Below, piece after piece: positions 19,088 through 28,551 of a DNA stretch of 64,000 nt; within the stretch, counting starts at the first letter, position 1; each line of letters starts with the position of its first letter. Location: IMG/VR virus record IMGVR_UViG_2706796243_000001. One strand, given 5' to 3'. Source of the DNA: a virus (Duplodnaviria; Heunggongvirae; Uroviricota; Caudoviricetes). Under the pieces are notes generated by a model. It was given only the letters and a program-made list of their open reading frames with translations. It did no database searches and was not told the origin of the DNA. The position numbers were made by a program, and so were the translations under genes.

Positions 19088-19557
19088 TAAGTTCAGCACT
19101 GTATTTCTTATGCTTTGCAGTGCTGCTGCTTAATGCAGACAAGGGTATAAGGATCATGTCTATTTTTGGTATGATCCATATCCTTCTGGAGAACATTCTG
19201 TACTGGTGGTTTTCAGTTCATATCCAGTTCTTTGACCTGTCTCTATATATGTCATTATGTTGGTTGCTCGACATAACCCTCCTGTTCGCCACAGCGTGTG
19301 TATTGTCGGGATGGAAGAAGAAGCTGATGCTTTCCGTATCAGTGCCTGTACTCTTCTGCCAGATAATAGTCATGCAATTTCCATATCTTTTGCCACTTGC
19401 ATTGAGTTTTGTCATCAAATCTTCATATCAGACCGTTATGGAAGTATTGATCCTCTGTGCATCATTTAAAGACAATACGGTTAAAGAGTGGCTAAAAACT
19501 GCTACTGTGGTAAGCCTCGTGGTTCTTGCAAGGTTCCTACCCATGTTAGTTCATTGA
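19084..19557 (+). CDS. Multi-pass membrane protein
   Basis: Several hydrophobic segments; ATGA coupling. Confidence 0.65.
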   Translation: MISSALYFLCFAVLLLNADKGIRIMSIFGMIHILLENILYWWFSVHIQFFDLSLYMSLCWLLDITLLFATACVLSGWKKKLMLSVSVPVLFCQIIVMQFPYLLPLALSFVIKSSYQTVMEVLILCASFKDNTVKEWLKTATVVSLVVLARFLPMLVH

Positions 19558-19572
19558 GAATCTTGAGGAAAT

Positions 19573-19842
19573 ATGTTAAAATCACTATTGAAATTTATTA
19601 AAGATCTTGTGAGATCACCAGTAGACCCTGAGAGGGTTTCTCACACAAAGTTTTGGAGCAATATCGGCTTGGCTTCAATGACCGCAGTTTTCCTTTACTG
19701 GGGATTCAATGGAACGTTGACCGAGTGGTACATGTGGATTTATGCACCCACAGTTGCTGCACCTCAACTAATCAGTAAGCTAATATCTCTACGCTGGGGA
19801 GTAACAGAAGCCCAACGTACAGAACCAAAGTCAGACCAATAA
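19573..19842 (+). CDS. Holin-like two-TM protein
   Basis: SHTKFWSNIG.. TM1 and EWYMWIY.. TM2, basic termini. Confidence 0.55.
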   Translation: MLKSLLKFIKDLVRSPVDPERVSHTKFWSNIGLASMTAVFLYWGFNGTLTEWYMWIYAPTVAAPQLISKLISLRWGVTEAQRTEPKSDQ

Positions 19843-19852
19843 GGAGACTCTT

Positions 19853-21661
19853 GTGGCAGACATGACTCAATTTGAACAGGCTGTCGATCAGGTTGTTGAA
19901 GACTCTGAACGCCTCCACAAGGTTGTCAACGGAACGGCATCCGAAACTGTTGTTACTGAAGATGGTAGCACCATTCCAACGGTTCGTAAAGCTCTTCTTG
20001 ACAACCTGTTCTTTAAAACACCGCCTATGCCGTGGATCGCGGGTACTCAGACCACAGTATTCAACCAGCTTTATGCTTTTAATGGCACAAATGGGGTTCA
20101 ATGGTGGTATGCACCAACCGCAACAGCAAGCGCCCCTGTCGTTTTACCACAAAACCCAGCTAACAGTGTTAACTGGAGATTGTACAACGACGCAGCGGCG
20201 ATGGCATCTATCTATGCACCAATCAACAGCCCGATCCTGACAGGAAACCCACAGGCTCCAACCCCTGCGGCTAACAGCAACAGTACAACAATTGCCACAA
20301 CTGCCTTTGTTACAACCGCTATTGCAAGCGCCTTGTCAAGCATCTCAGGTGGTAGTGTTACCTTTGCAAACCTGTCTGTAACAGGTGCTACAACACTCAA
20401 TAGTTTGGTGGTTGGTGGGACAATCGACCTTAATGGCCCTGTAAACGCAGATAACTCAACAGGTCGTTTCCAGAACCTGATCCTGACAAAAGAGTTGTCA
20501 AGTCTTACCTTCGTATTTACAGACGCAGATAATCCGACATTCTTTAAGACGCGCCTTGACCCATATGCGATCCAAACCCACAGCATCCAGACGGACATTA
20601 TTGTCAACGGAACAGTGGCTGAAGATGATACAACCATGTCTCTGACAGGTGTGGGTAATAACGTCTTCGATTATGTGTATATCCGTGGTAACGCAAGTAA
20701 AGATCCTACAGCACCGAGATTAAAGGTCTCAGGTACAACTGAGGTAGAAAACCTGAATATTACAGGTAACGTAACAGGTATCACCTTCAGTGTCAACGGA
20801 CTTGATATTTCACCAAACTCTGTTACAACCGCAGACGGTGTAACTGTAGGTGGTGACTTACAGGTCAGTGGTGTTACCAACCTTGGAAACGCAACAATCG
20901 GTGGCCTTGATATTACAAGTGATCTGACCGTAAACGGTAATACAACACTCGAAGATTTCTCTGCGGGTAACGGAAACATCACTGGTCCATTCACAGTGGG
21001 TGGGTTAACCAGTCTCAATGGTGGATTTACAACCGGAACAGCAGATGGTACAATTGGCGGAAAACTCTCTGTTACAGGAACGTCTGAGTTTATTGAGGAT
21101 CTTAGCGTACTTGCCGATGTTACAGTCCAGGATAACCTGACCGTAAACGGTGATGTCAACCTTAACAACGCAACAGGAACAACGACAGTTAACAACCTTG
21201 TTATTCAGGGTACGGTTACAGGTCTTTCTGTTGACTTGACAGGTCAGAACATCAACGTAGGATCTCTTTCCTCTACTGGTGCAGTAACTGCCAATAGCCT
21301 TACGGTACAGGATTCGGCAATCTTAACCAAGGCAAGTGTTGAATTCCTGACACTTATTGCTGAGGATATTGATAGCTCTACAGCGGCATGGTCCCCAAGT
21401 GGAGATTCCAACATCTACAACGTAACAGTGGATGCGGATTTAACAATTGGTGCTTGGCCTGAACCGACAGATGCTTTTTCTGCTGTGATTTACCTGACTC
21501 AAGATGGTACTGGCGGTCACACTGTGACTTTAGATCCTAACTACTTGGTTTTAAACAGCGAAACAATTAACGAGACGGCTGGTTCGGTGACTATTCTTCA
21601 ATTAACCTATAATGGTGTTGAAGGCGGTGTTATCGACACTGTAATTGTTCGTCGTCCGTAA
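19853..21661 (+). CDS. Long tail fibre protein
   Basis: Anchor N-terminus, LTGNPQAPTPA..NSTTIATTAFV fibre motif, beta-repeats, C-terminal LTQDGTGGHTVT domain. Confidence 0.85.
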   Translation: MADMTQFEQAVDQVVEDSERLHKVVNGTASETVVTEDGSTIPTVRKALLDNLFFKTPPMPWIAGTQTTVFNQLYAFNGTNGVQWWYAPTATASAPVVLPQNPANSVNWRLYNDAAAMASIYAPINSPILTGNPQAPTPAANSNSTTIATTAFVTTAIASALSSISGGSVTFANLSVTGATTLNSLVVGGTIDLNGPVNADNSTGRFQNLILTKELSSLTFVFTDADNPTFFKTRLDPYAIQTHSIQTDIIVNGTVAEDDTTMSLTGVGNNVFDYVYIRGNASKDPTAPRLKVSGTTEVENLNITGNVTGITFSVNGLDISPNSVTTADGVTVGGDLQVSGVTNLGNATIGGLDITSDLTVNGNTTLEDFSAGNGNITGPFTVGGLTSLNGGFTTGTADGTIGGKLSVTGTSEFIEDLSVLADVTVQDNLTVNGDVNLNNATGTTTVNNLVIQGTVTGLSVDLTGQNINVGSLSSTGAVTANSLTVQDSAILTKASVEFLTLIAEDIDSSTAAWSPSGDSNIYNVTVDADLTIGAWPEPTDAFSAVIYLTQDGTGGHTVTLDPNYLVLNSETINETAGSVTILQLTYNGVEGGVIDTVIVRRP

Positions 21662-21667
21662 TGATTC

Positions 21668-21695
21668 AAGGCTGTCTTCGGACAGCCTTTCTTTT
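21668..21695 (+). terminator. Terminator AAGGCTGTC-TTCG-GACAGCCTT
   Basis: 9-bp perfect stem, UUCG loop, T-rich tail. Confidence 0.8.
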
Positions 21696-21706
21696 AGGAG
21701 GTTTTA

Positions 21707-23521
21707 ATGTATCCTATTCCATGTCTCTTCTTGACATTATCTGGAGGAGGAACAGAACCACTACCACCAGGTAGTGTTAAGAAGGTGGCCTTTACCCGTG
21801 GTCTGGTTGGTGGTGCTACCAAAAGGTCAATGGCGATCCTCCTGATTGATGGGAGACTCTATACCCAAGGGGATAATGCGTGGTCTGAATGCGCAAACGG
21901 GAACATAAGCCCGTTTAAGGATCATTGGCACTTGGCGGCTAATGGTGTAGCTGATGTTTTTGGTGGTGGTAGAGCCTTTGTTGTCAAATACAACAATGGT
22001 GGCTGGCAGTATTGTGGGGACACCAGTCAATTCACTGGTAGTGGGTCTATCTATTCTTCTTGGACAAGCTTCCCTTCATCAATCACAGGCACAGTATCCC
22101 TCGCAAATTTACAAAGTGTTTCTTGTGCTCTCGGTAACACACTCTGGCAGATGGTAGATGGAAGACTTTATGGAAGCGGGTCAAACACAAATGGATGCCT
22201 TGGCTCTGGTAATACTACCGTAATATCGATCCCAAGAAGTATTAGTGCATCCTCTGTGAGAGCTTACAGCTTAAATGCTTGCGTGACATACCTGAACAAT
22301 ATTGGACTTCCCCGTGTTTGTGGGGCCACCCATCAGATAGATGGTACTTCAACAACACAAACACAAAACTTTATCGATGTTAGTTTTGCCTCTGTGACTG
22401 AAACCGTCTATGTTAAAGAGTGGTTAGCGAACGAAACAAACTCAATGGCTATCGCCTCTACAGGTGTTGATGATACAGAGCATTATTTATATACGAGGGG
22501 TATCGGGACAGCCCAATACTCTAAGAAAGAGGGTATTGGTCCTTTCGAGACATTCAGGGTTATCGACGGTGGTCAGTCTCATTTCCTGATTGCTGATAAC
22601 AAGCTTTACGGTCTTGGTGACCTAAGTGCTCAACTTGGCCTTGGCACACCATCAACAATGGTGTTAGAACCGACCCTTGTTCCAGTTCCTACAGGAAGGG
22701 ATTGGGATCTTTCGAAGCTGACATACATTGTAGACATGAAGACAGATGTCCTTAACCAGGGGAACTCTATCAGCCATTGGATGGTGTATGACGGGAACCT
22801 TTACTACGCTGGTAACCTTTATGGTTTCTTTGGGTCAACCGATAGCACTGGTGAGTTCACAAACATCCCAGAAGCATCCTTTGGGGGGACAACTGCGGAT
22901 GCTATCACCACAGGGTCTATCCCATACGCTATCAAAGGGTCGAGAAGTCAACTTACGTGGACTGTTGAGCCAGCAGATGCTGAGATTTATGATATTTCGT
23001 TCACATCGAGTGCTCCTAATATCGCAACTGTAGACTCAAATGGTATCATGACCTTCCTTGAAGAGGGTGGTTTTGACATCACAATGACTGCTAAAACAGG
23101 GTCTGGCGCGGATGCTAAAACACTCACAGATACTTCTGGCGGTTATGTTTCCATCTTCTCTGTGACTACCGATTCCATCCCACAAAAGGAAGTTGGTGAT
23201 GTGTTCGTGTTCATGGATAAAAACAGTCCTGACTATACACCAGGTCCGAACGTTGTCGGAATGGAAATTTCTCCAGCCAATGTTGATACTAACTTCATAG
23301 ACGGAGAATTAACAACTACAAATCCGGATGTGGTGATGATTGATGAGGGTGGATTCCTTTCCTGTATTGCAGTTGGTGATGCCCGTTGTGGTGTTCGTCT
23401 TATTTACAGGGAGGGTCAGGTTGAGGCATTTGATGATTCGTATGTCAGTGTTTCAGACTTCACAGCCCCACCAGATCCTGTGGACCCCGGCGAACCAGTT
23501 GTACCTTCTCAACCGCAATAA
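21707..23521 (+). CDS. Adhesin-like protein with RCC1-like repeats and Ig-like (Big_2) domains
   Basis: DGRLY..G.N..G.LG repeats; LTWTVEPADA...ISFTSSAPNIATVDSNG Ig-like motif. Confidence 0.7.
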   Translation: MYPIPCLFLTLSGGGTEPLPPGSVKKVAFTRGLVGGATKRSMAILLIDGRLYTQGDNAWSECANGNISPFKDHWHLAANGVADVFGGGRAFVVKYNNGGWQYCGDTSQFTGSGSIYSSWTSFPSSITGTVSLANLQSVSCALGNTLWQMVDGRLYGSGSNTNGCLGSGNTTVISIPRSISASSVRAYSLNACVTYLNNIGLPRVCGATHQIDGTSTTQTQNFIDVSFASVTETVYVKEWLANETNSMAIASTGVDDTEHYLYTRGIGTAQYSKKEGIGPFETFRVIDGGQSHFLIADNKLYGLGDLSAQLGLGTPSTMVLEPTLVPVPTGRDWDLSKLTYIVDMKTDVLNQGNSISHWMVYDGNLYYAGNLYGFFGSTDSTGEFTNIPEASFGGTTADAITTGSIPYAIKGSRSQLTWTVEPADAEIYDISFTSSAPNIATVDSNGIMTFLEEGGFDITMTAKTGSGADAKTLTDTSGGYVSIFSVTTDSIPQKEVGDVFVFMDKNSPDYTPGPNVVGMEISPANVDTNFIDGELTTTNPDVVMIDEGGFLSCIAVGDARCGVRLIYREGQVEAFDDSYVSVSDFTAPPDPVDPGEPVVPSQPQ

Positions 23522-23525
23522 AACA

Positions 23526-23549
23526 AAAAGGAGCCGAAAGGCTCCTTTT
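23526..23549. terminator. Bidirectional terminator between convergent blocks
   Basis: AAAAGGAGCC-GAAA-GGCTCCTTTT with A/T tracts on both sides. Confidence 0.9.
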
Positions 23550-23556
23550 CTTTTTA

Positions 23557-24786
23557 TTAAATGCAATGGATGAAGTTTCTACCATATTGCAGACCGATTG
23601 GGGCAAAGGGTATATCGTCGTCAAAGTCCATCGGAGGCTCATAAGCATCCATAGGTGGTACATCAACAGTGCCGCTCAGAGGCTCCTGAGAAGTCTGTGG
23701 TTGGGTTTGATCCGCAGGCTTACCATCGTTAGTCAAGAACTCATAAAACGGCTCAGAGAGCGTTACATACACGTTCTTGGCGCTTTCCAGGATCGTTGCC
23801 TCAGTTACTTCCGATTTGGCATTGAATCGGCTACATGCAACAAGGATTGCATTACCTGCACTTGCTCCAACAGCGTTTGATTCAACATCCTTACCAGTAC
23901 GCTCCGCAACGAAAGCCTTCATGTCTACAGTTGCACGGTGAATGGCTTTTACTGTTTCCAGTTCATCCTTCACTTTGTAACCTGCACCCATCAATTCCTT
24001 AAGGCCGTTGATACCGTGACCACAAGCTACACCAATAGGGTCATAATTCCCACCAGACTTCTTACCACCTGAGCCAGTTCCTTGACCTACTGGGCCGTAA
24101 GCTTTAAAGCCGTTCAGGATTGTGCCATCAGCAAGATTTACAAAAGCTGTCAGGCGACCACCAACCTGTACCTGTGCCAGTTGCTCATCAGACAGAACAA
24201 CATTACCAGGGCCGTTCTTCTCATCATTTACAGTCGCCAGATTCCCTGCAATAGCGGTGATCTCGCCGTAAACTTTCACCCCACCACCAGACTGTTGACC
24301 TTGAGCACTTTGCTGCGGCTGCTGACGTGGTGCAGGTTGACCTGCTTTGCTTTCGTCCAGAATGTTGAAAGTCTTGCCACTCAGAGAGCCGTTGACATAG
24401 GTCTTATCGCCGTTCGTGCTCACTTTCAGCGGGAAAGATGCAACCATACCAGGCAGAATGTCTTTGTAACCAGAGTCCAGCTTAACCTGCACTTTGTCGG
24501 TGTGGCTTGCATGTAGCTTCTTCTCCCCCATGCCGATCCACTCACCCTGGCTTTGAGGATCAATAACGTTGTTATTGTCGTCCACCTCTTGCATCAAGAA
24601 GCTGATGGTATGTGTTGATTCGATAACCTTTGCAGGCTGACCATTTCGCGCTGGGATATGGGTACGTTTCACACCATCAGGATCTGCATTCTTAACAGGT
24701 TTGATGCTGATGAATTTGATGCTGCCCTTTGCGAAGTGGTTTACCTTGCCGGACATCGGATCTTTGTATTCGTTAATTACGCTCAT
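23557..24786 (-). CDS. Putative single-stranded DNA-binding/recombination protein
   Basis: Modular protein with Gln/Gly linkers and a near-terminal EPPMDFDDDIPF matching the enterobacterial SSB tail. Confidence 0.65.
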   Translation of the reverse strand: MSVINEYKDPMSGKVNHFAKGSIKFISIKPVKNADPDGVKRTHIPARNGQPAKVIESTHTISFLMQEVDDNNNVIDPQSQGEWIGMGEKKLHASHTDKVQVKLDSGYKDILPGMVASFPLKVSTNGDKTYVNGSLSGKTFNILDESKAGQPAPRQQPQQSAQGQQSGGGVKVYGEITAIAGNLATVNDEKNGPGNVVLSDEQLAQVQVGGRLTAFVNLADGTILNGFKAYGPVGQGTGSGGKKSGGNYDPIGVACGHGINGLKELMGAGYKVKDELETVKAIHRATVDMKAFVAERTGKDVESNAVGASAGNAILVACSRFNAKSEVTEATILESAKNVYVTLSEPFYEFLTNDGKPADQTQPQTSQEPLSGTVDVPPMDAYEPPMDFDDDIPFAPIGLQYGRNFIHCI

Positions 24787-24797
24787 TCTCTCTCCTA

Positions 24798-25154
24798 TTA
24801 CTTAGTTTCTTCTTGTTGGGTATCACTGTTAACACCCAAAAGTCTATCGATCACCAGATCTTCAACCTGACTCAGTAGATTCAGGGCAAAAGACGATGCA
24901 CCGTTTAATTGCAGAAGGTTATTGCGGTGTCCACGCACCCATGCAAGAGCTTCTTCCACAGTAGTGATGTTGCCGCTTTGGATAACCTTCAGCATCTCAT
25001 CACGCATACGCTCTGAGCCGATGAACTGATTCATCTGTGCTCCGGCACTGGAAAGAAAAACAACAGTTCCAAACTGACCTTCGTCGAGTTCGAGGAAGAA
25101 CAGTTTTTCTTTTTCTGATTGGGTTTCGATAGGGGTTACTGCCTCAGTCATCAA
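24798..25154 (-). CDS. Hypothetical protein
   Basis: 118 aa with GGAGG SD; first gene after promoter 25179-25207. Confidence 0.75.
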   Translation of the reverse strand: MMTEAVTPIETQSEKEKLFFLELDEGQFGTVVFLSSAGAQMNQFIGSERMRDEMLKVIQSGNITTVEEALAWVRGHRNNLLQLNGASSFALNLLSQVEDLVIDRLLGVNSDTQQEETK

Positions 25155-25178
25155 TCCTCCGTTTGTGAGTGAAGGGGT

Positions 25179-25207
25179 ATATTACCCCTTTCAACTCTGT
25201 ATGTCAA
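25179..25207 (-). promoter_or_regulatory. Sigma70-like promoter TTGACA-17-TAATAT
   Basis: The -10 sits at the centre of palindrome AAGGGGTA-TAT-TACCCCTT. Confidence 0.8.
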
Positions 25208-25210
25208 TAG

Positions 25211-25423
25211 TTATCGAGATCTTTTCTTACTTAATTTGATTTTCTCCAGAAGAGCAGCCGCCCCTGCAACACCAAAGACACTGGCGAAAAACAAAATTAT
25301 GATCCCCACAAAAATCGCGAACGGGAAGTAGAGTGGTGCCAAGACCCACCACCATGACCATGCAATAACCCCGCACAGTTTCAAGGCGATGAATAAAAGC
25401 GCCAGTGCAGATAAAAATTTCAT
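25211..25423 (-). CDS. Small membrane protein
   Basis: ALKLCGVIAWSWWWVLAPL motif common in phage membrane proteins. Confidence 0.75.
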   Translation of the reverse strand: MKFLSALALLFIALKLCGVIAWSWWWVLAPLYFPFAIFVGIIILFFASVFGVAGAAALLEKIKLSKKRSR

Positions 25424-25647
25424 TACATAAACTCCTTGTTTACATTGATAGGTTTAATAAAAGGATCATCCATCCACGATGGGAAGCTACAAGATGTTGT
25501 TCCTGCGACCATATTACCATCCTCCAGTGCCATTACATATGTGGCTTTTACACCACATTTGGCACAGTCAATCGTGGATACAAAGTGCTCTACGACTGAG
25601 GTAGTGGAATGACCGTTTGGACAAACAAACGTTTTTGTTATTTTCAA
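25423..25647 (-). CDS. Zinc-ribbon protein
   Basis: CPNGH...CAKCG; TAATG coupling. Confidence 0.65.
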   Translation of the reverse strand: MKITKTFVCPNGHSTTSVVEHFVSTIDCAKCGVKATYVMALEDGNMVAGTTSCSFPSWMDDPFIKPINVNKEFM

Positions 25648-26162
25648 TCACATCCTCCTGAAGAACTGCCGGAGTCACAACTGCCACTGCTATAACTTCC
25701 ACCATCGTCACTACTTGACGAGTGATAAACAGCAGAGGCAACAAAAGCGCTGGTTACAATGCTATCGTCATCGTTACGACTGTAACTCGTTTCACTGCGT
25801 CTCTGTCGTGCGAGAGAATCATCATCCACAACCACACGGCGACGTGGGGGTGCAGGAGGCGGTGGTGGGCGACGGTTCCTACGCTGGCGATCCAACTCTT
25901 CCATTATCTCTTTCAGCCGCTCTTCTCGGCCCTCTGTTACCAGCTTTTTAGCTGCTACATCTGCCACTGCCTTTTTAGCAATATCCCTGATCTCATTTTC
26001 AGTCAGGGGTTTAAGCTTGTACTTATAATCCCCCTCTGGGTCACGTCCCTTCAGAACATGCACAGTTGAGGTCTGGGTCACTGTGGTGGTGTTACCACTG
26101 CCAATGGTCACTACAGAGTTTGAACTAAACAGGCTCAGTAGCCACTTAAAGAATTTACGCAT
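25644..26162 (-). CDS. Hypothetical protein with Pro-rich stretch and Ser/Gly/Asp tail
   Basis: PPPPPAPP and SSSSDDGGSYSSGSCDSG; coupled stop/start. Confidence 0.7.
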   Translation of the reverse strand: MRKFFKWLLSLFSSNSVVTIGSGNTTTVTQTSTVHVLKGRDPEGDYKYKLKPLTENEIRDIAKKAVADVAAKKLVTEGREERLKEIMEELDRQRRNRRPPPPPAPPRRRVVVDDDSLARQRRSETSYSRNDDDSIVTSAFVASAVYHSSSSDDGGSYSSGSCDSGSSSGGCD

Positions 26163-26433
26163 AAAACTCCTCCAGTACAGACCAGATTGTGTTCAATTCA
26201 CCACCAGACATCAGGCTCCAGATCACCATATCTTGATAACCCTTCTTGCAGACATCGACCTGACGGAAGGCTTTATGGAAACTGGTTGGATTATCATAAT
26301 CTACAGGAAGATATTCAACATTCTTCTTGAAGTATTCCAGCACCAACTGCTCTTCCAGATTTGGATTCTCACCTAAACTGGCTTCGTACATTTCTACAAA
26401 TTTTTGACCTGTTCGCTCAGATTTCATAACCAT
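26155..26433 (-). CDS. Hypothetical protein
   Basis: 92 aa in a tightly packed operon. Confidence 0.65.
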   Translation of the reverse strand: MVMKSERTGQKFVEMYEASLGENPNLEEQLVLEYFKKNVEYLPVDYDNPTSFHKAFRQVDVCKKGYQDMVIWSLMSGGELNTIWSVLEEFYA

Positions 26434-26795
26434 TCGCCTGTCTCCATTTGTTTTGGTGTTAAGGTCTTCACCTGCATATCATCAACTGGTGCAAACCCCA
26501 CTACTGGTTTAAAGCACCGTTCTTTCTGTGCATCGAACACATAGAATGATGCCACAGCTTCAGGTTTTGCACAAGTGGTCCAGTGATTTTTATACATGCG
26601 ATAACCATCACTATAAGTTGACAAGGCATTAAATAGCGTACCAACTACCACAACCAGCATTAAATATGCCATAACTTTATACTTCCATGTTTCCCTGAAA
26701 GATAAGACAGTGGCCCAAACAAACATCGTAATATAAAGGGCAGTACCCGGCACCCAGTTATTGTGCATCGTCAACCATTCCCAAAATCCAATCAT
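26424..26795 (-). CDS. Membrane protein
   Basis: Two TM helices plus a Cys-containing periplasmic tail. Confidence 0.7.
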   Translation of the reverse strand: MIGFWEWLTMHNNWVPGTALYITMFVWATVLSFRETWKYKVMAYLMLVVVVGTLFNALSTYSDGYRMYKNHWTTCAKPEAVASFYVFDAQKERCFKPVVGFAPVDDMQVKTLTPKQMETGEWL

Positions 26796-27505
26796 TGCAT
26801 TGCTCCTTCGCTTTTACGCCATTTATAAGCCCCGTAGATGGAGTTCAGTAAGAACGTTACCCACATAGCAAGTACCGCCCAACCCTGCGTCTCGTGGTGC
26901 ATTGCTGTTTGAATCCATAGGGTCACAGCAACCACGTTAACGATGATCCACACATACCACTGTTCTGCATAACGCACCATCATCAGATAAGTTGCAAGTA
27001 CAGAAAGAATCGCTGTTGCAGAGTCAAGACCTGGCATACTTCCTTTCAGCAAGCTGACAAACTCAGCATACAAACCAATTACAACAAGTGTTCCAATGCC
27101 AACATACCATCGTTGTTTTGTCGTAAGATACTTCTTGATAACATCTGCACGTTGACCATCTTCAGAAACGGTTAGTTTCTTCGCCCAGATAACACCACCA
27201 ATCACCTGCATTGGAGTGAACAAAATTGTGTACATAATCGTCTCACCATAAAGCTGGTAAGTATACGAGATGTATGCGTATAGAACTGTAGCAATGAAGC
27301 CCCAATAGTAACTGGAAAGCTTACCTTTTGCAACCAGGATTGCCCCGATGATCCCTGTGACAGAAGAGATAAACTCAATTGTACCCCCACCCATCGCCAT
27401 AGAGACAATCGCAATGGAGCCAGCACAAATAAGCAGCCACAGATATTCAAGTTTTGACCAACCGTAGAAGTCAGTCCACGCTGTTTTTACGTATAGATTC
27501 ATCAT
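26792..27505 (-). CDS. pnuC: Nicotinamide riboside transporter PnuC
   Basis: About 7 TM; AKGKLSSYYWG, YGETI, DSAT..LSVLATYLM..RYAEQWYVWIIVN motifs. Confidence 0.92.
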   Translation of the reverse strand: MMNLYVKTAWTDFYGWSKLEYLWLLICAGSIAIVSMAMGGGTIEFISSVTGIIGAILVAKGKLSSYYWGFIATVLYAYISYTYQLYGETIMYTILFTPMQVIGGVIWAKKLTVSEDGQRADVIKKYLTTKQRWYVGIGTLVVIGLYAEFVSLLKGSMPGLDSATAILSVLATYLMMVRYAEQWYVWIIVNVVAVTLWIQTAMHHETQGWAVLAMWVTFLLNSIYGAYKWRKSEGAMQ

Positions 27506-27525
27506 GTAATCATTTCCCCTTTGTA

Positions 27526-27720
27526 TTATTCAGGATCTGCTTCTTTAAAGTCCCACAACCATCCTTCGAATGGCTGACCATACTCCTCATCAAGTTCACC
27601 ATACTCATCACGAAGGCATGGATCACCTGTCATATCAAGACATTCTACACGATATTTTTTGCCAACAATATAAAAATTGTCAGAGCTTCTCGTACAGACT
27701 AAAAAATCACCTACTTTCAT
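27526..27720 (-). CDS. Hypothetical SH3-like protein
   Basis: MKVGD.LVC...GKKY pattern; GGAGAG SD. Confidence 0.65.
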   Translation of the reverse strand: MKVGDFLVCTRSSDNFYIVGKKYRVECLDMTGDPCLRDEYGELDEEYGQPFEGWLWDFKEADPE

Positions 27721-27730
27721 CTTTCTCTCC

Positions 27731-28075
27731 TTAATGCAAAGAAACCTGTTCTAATGTCAGACATGTTAGTCCGTAGGCTTCCTGTTGTCCAGCAAATTCT
27801 TCTTCTGTGTACGAAAAAGCCCACACTTCCCCACGGGCCTTGTGCATAATATCACGGGCTTCCCACAGATTATCTGCTTCAATGACAACAAAGGAGCGAC
27901 CAAGAGAGAAGCCACCTTTTGTTTCATGATTGCTGCCAAATGTAAAGAAGTATTTCTGCATGTCGATCCTCTCGTGAATAGAGAAAGCATCCGGTGTTAT
28001 CTTTTTAAAAGCCACAGCTTCCTCTTTGGTTTTAAAATGATGGGCCTCATGGCCTGTTGTGCAAACGATCCACAT
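27731..28075 (-). CDS. Hypothetical protein (possible internal start MQKYFFTFG)
   Basis: ATG 28075 with GAGG SD; second SD GAGAGGA before the internal Met. Confidence 0.65.
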   Translation of the reverse strand: MWIVCTTGHEAHHFKTKEEAVAFKKITPDAFSIHERIDMQKYFFTFGSNHETKGGFSLGRSFVVIEADNLWEARDIMHKARGEVWAFSYTEEEFAGQQEAYGLTCLTLEQVSLH

Positions 28076-28096
28076 ACTACAGACCCTCAACCCGCT

Positions 28097-28402
28097 TCAG
28101 CAAACTTTCGATTTGAGGTTTGCTTGTCCATTCCCGTAGAGCTTGAACTTAAGATCCAAAACGGCATCCAGCAACTCTGGGGCGGGGGCAACAAGACGGG
28201 CATTCGCCTGTAACTCTTCATTCTTCTTGAGCCAAGAAGTGTATACAGGGTTGCTCAGGGTCTTTTCATTCTCAGAACCTTCCCAATCCATCTCCCCGAC
28301 AACTTGAATCAGGGCCATGTGGTCTTTAGCGCCGATGCTGATATGGCCTTGCAACCAAGATTCTCTCTCTATCGACCAAGGACCTGGTGTATGTAGCGAC
28401 AT
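28097..28402 (-). CDS. TPGPW...ANARL..APELL family phage protein, probably frameshifted near its 3' end
   Basis: Start moved to ATG 28402 (TAATG coupling); an alternative frame continues PQIESLLKRVEGL* to 28077. Confidence 0.7.
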   Translation of the reverse strand: MSLHTPGPWSIERESWLQGHISIGAKDHMALIQVVGEMDWEGSENEKTLSNPVYTSWLKKNEELQANARLVAPAPELLDAVLDLKFKLYGNGQANLKSKVC

Positions 28403-28551
28403 TATGCCACCATAACAACAGGTAAAACAGACCTGATCCCATCTCGCCATGCCAACCAACACATCACTTGTAGGTTTTCACGCTCCTCTGCATCAGGAAA
28501 AAGATGTGTTGGTGCGTTTTTATCAAACCAGTCCATAAATTCTTTAGACAT
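28402..28551 (-). CDS. 49-aa hypothetical protein not in the ORF track
   Basis: GGAG SD, MSKEFMDWFDKNAP...VMVA*; fills the gap and couples to the next ATG. Confidence 0.7.
   Translation of the reverse strand: MSKEFMDWFDKNAPTHLFPDAEERENLQVMCWLAWRDGIRSVLPVVMVA

Noticed and set aside
19853-21300. Repetitive LTVNG/GDL units in the long fibre as a DNA repeat or hypervariable cassette
   Set aside because: Protein-level beta-repeats with divergent codons; no invertase or recombination sites nearby
760-23880. Many antisense or alternate-frame ORFs over structural genes (e.g. 1280..1753, 13419..14114, 20671..21195)
   Set aside because: Shadow ORFs of strongly biased coding strands, with no SD or domain signal
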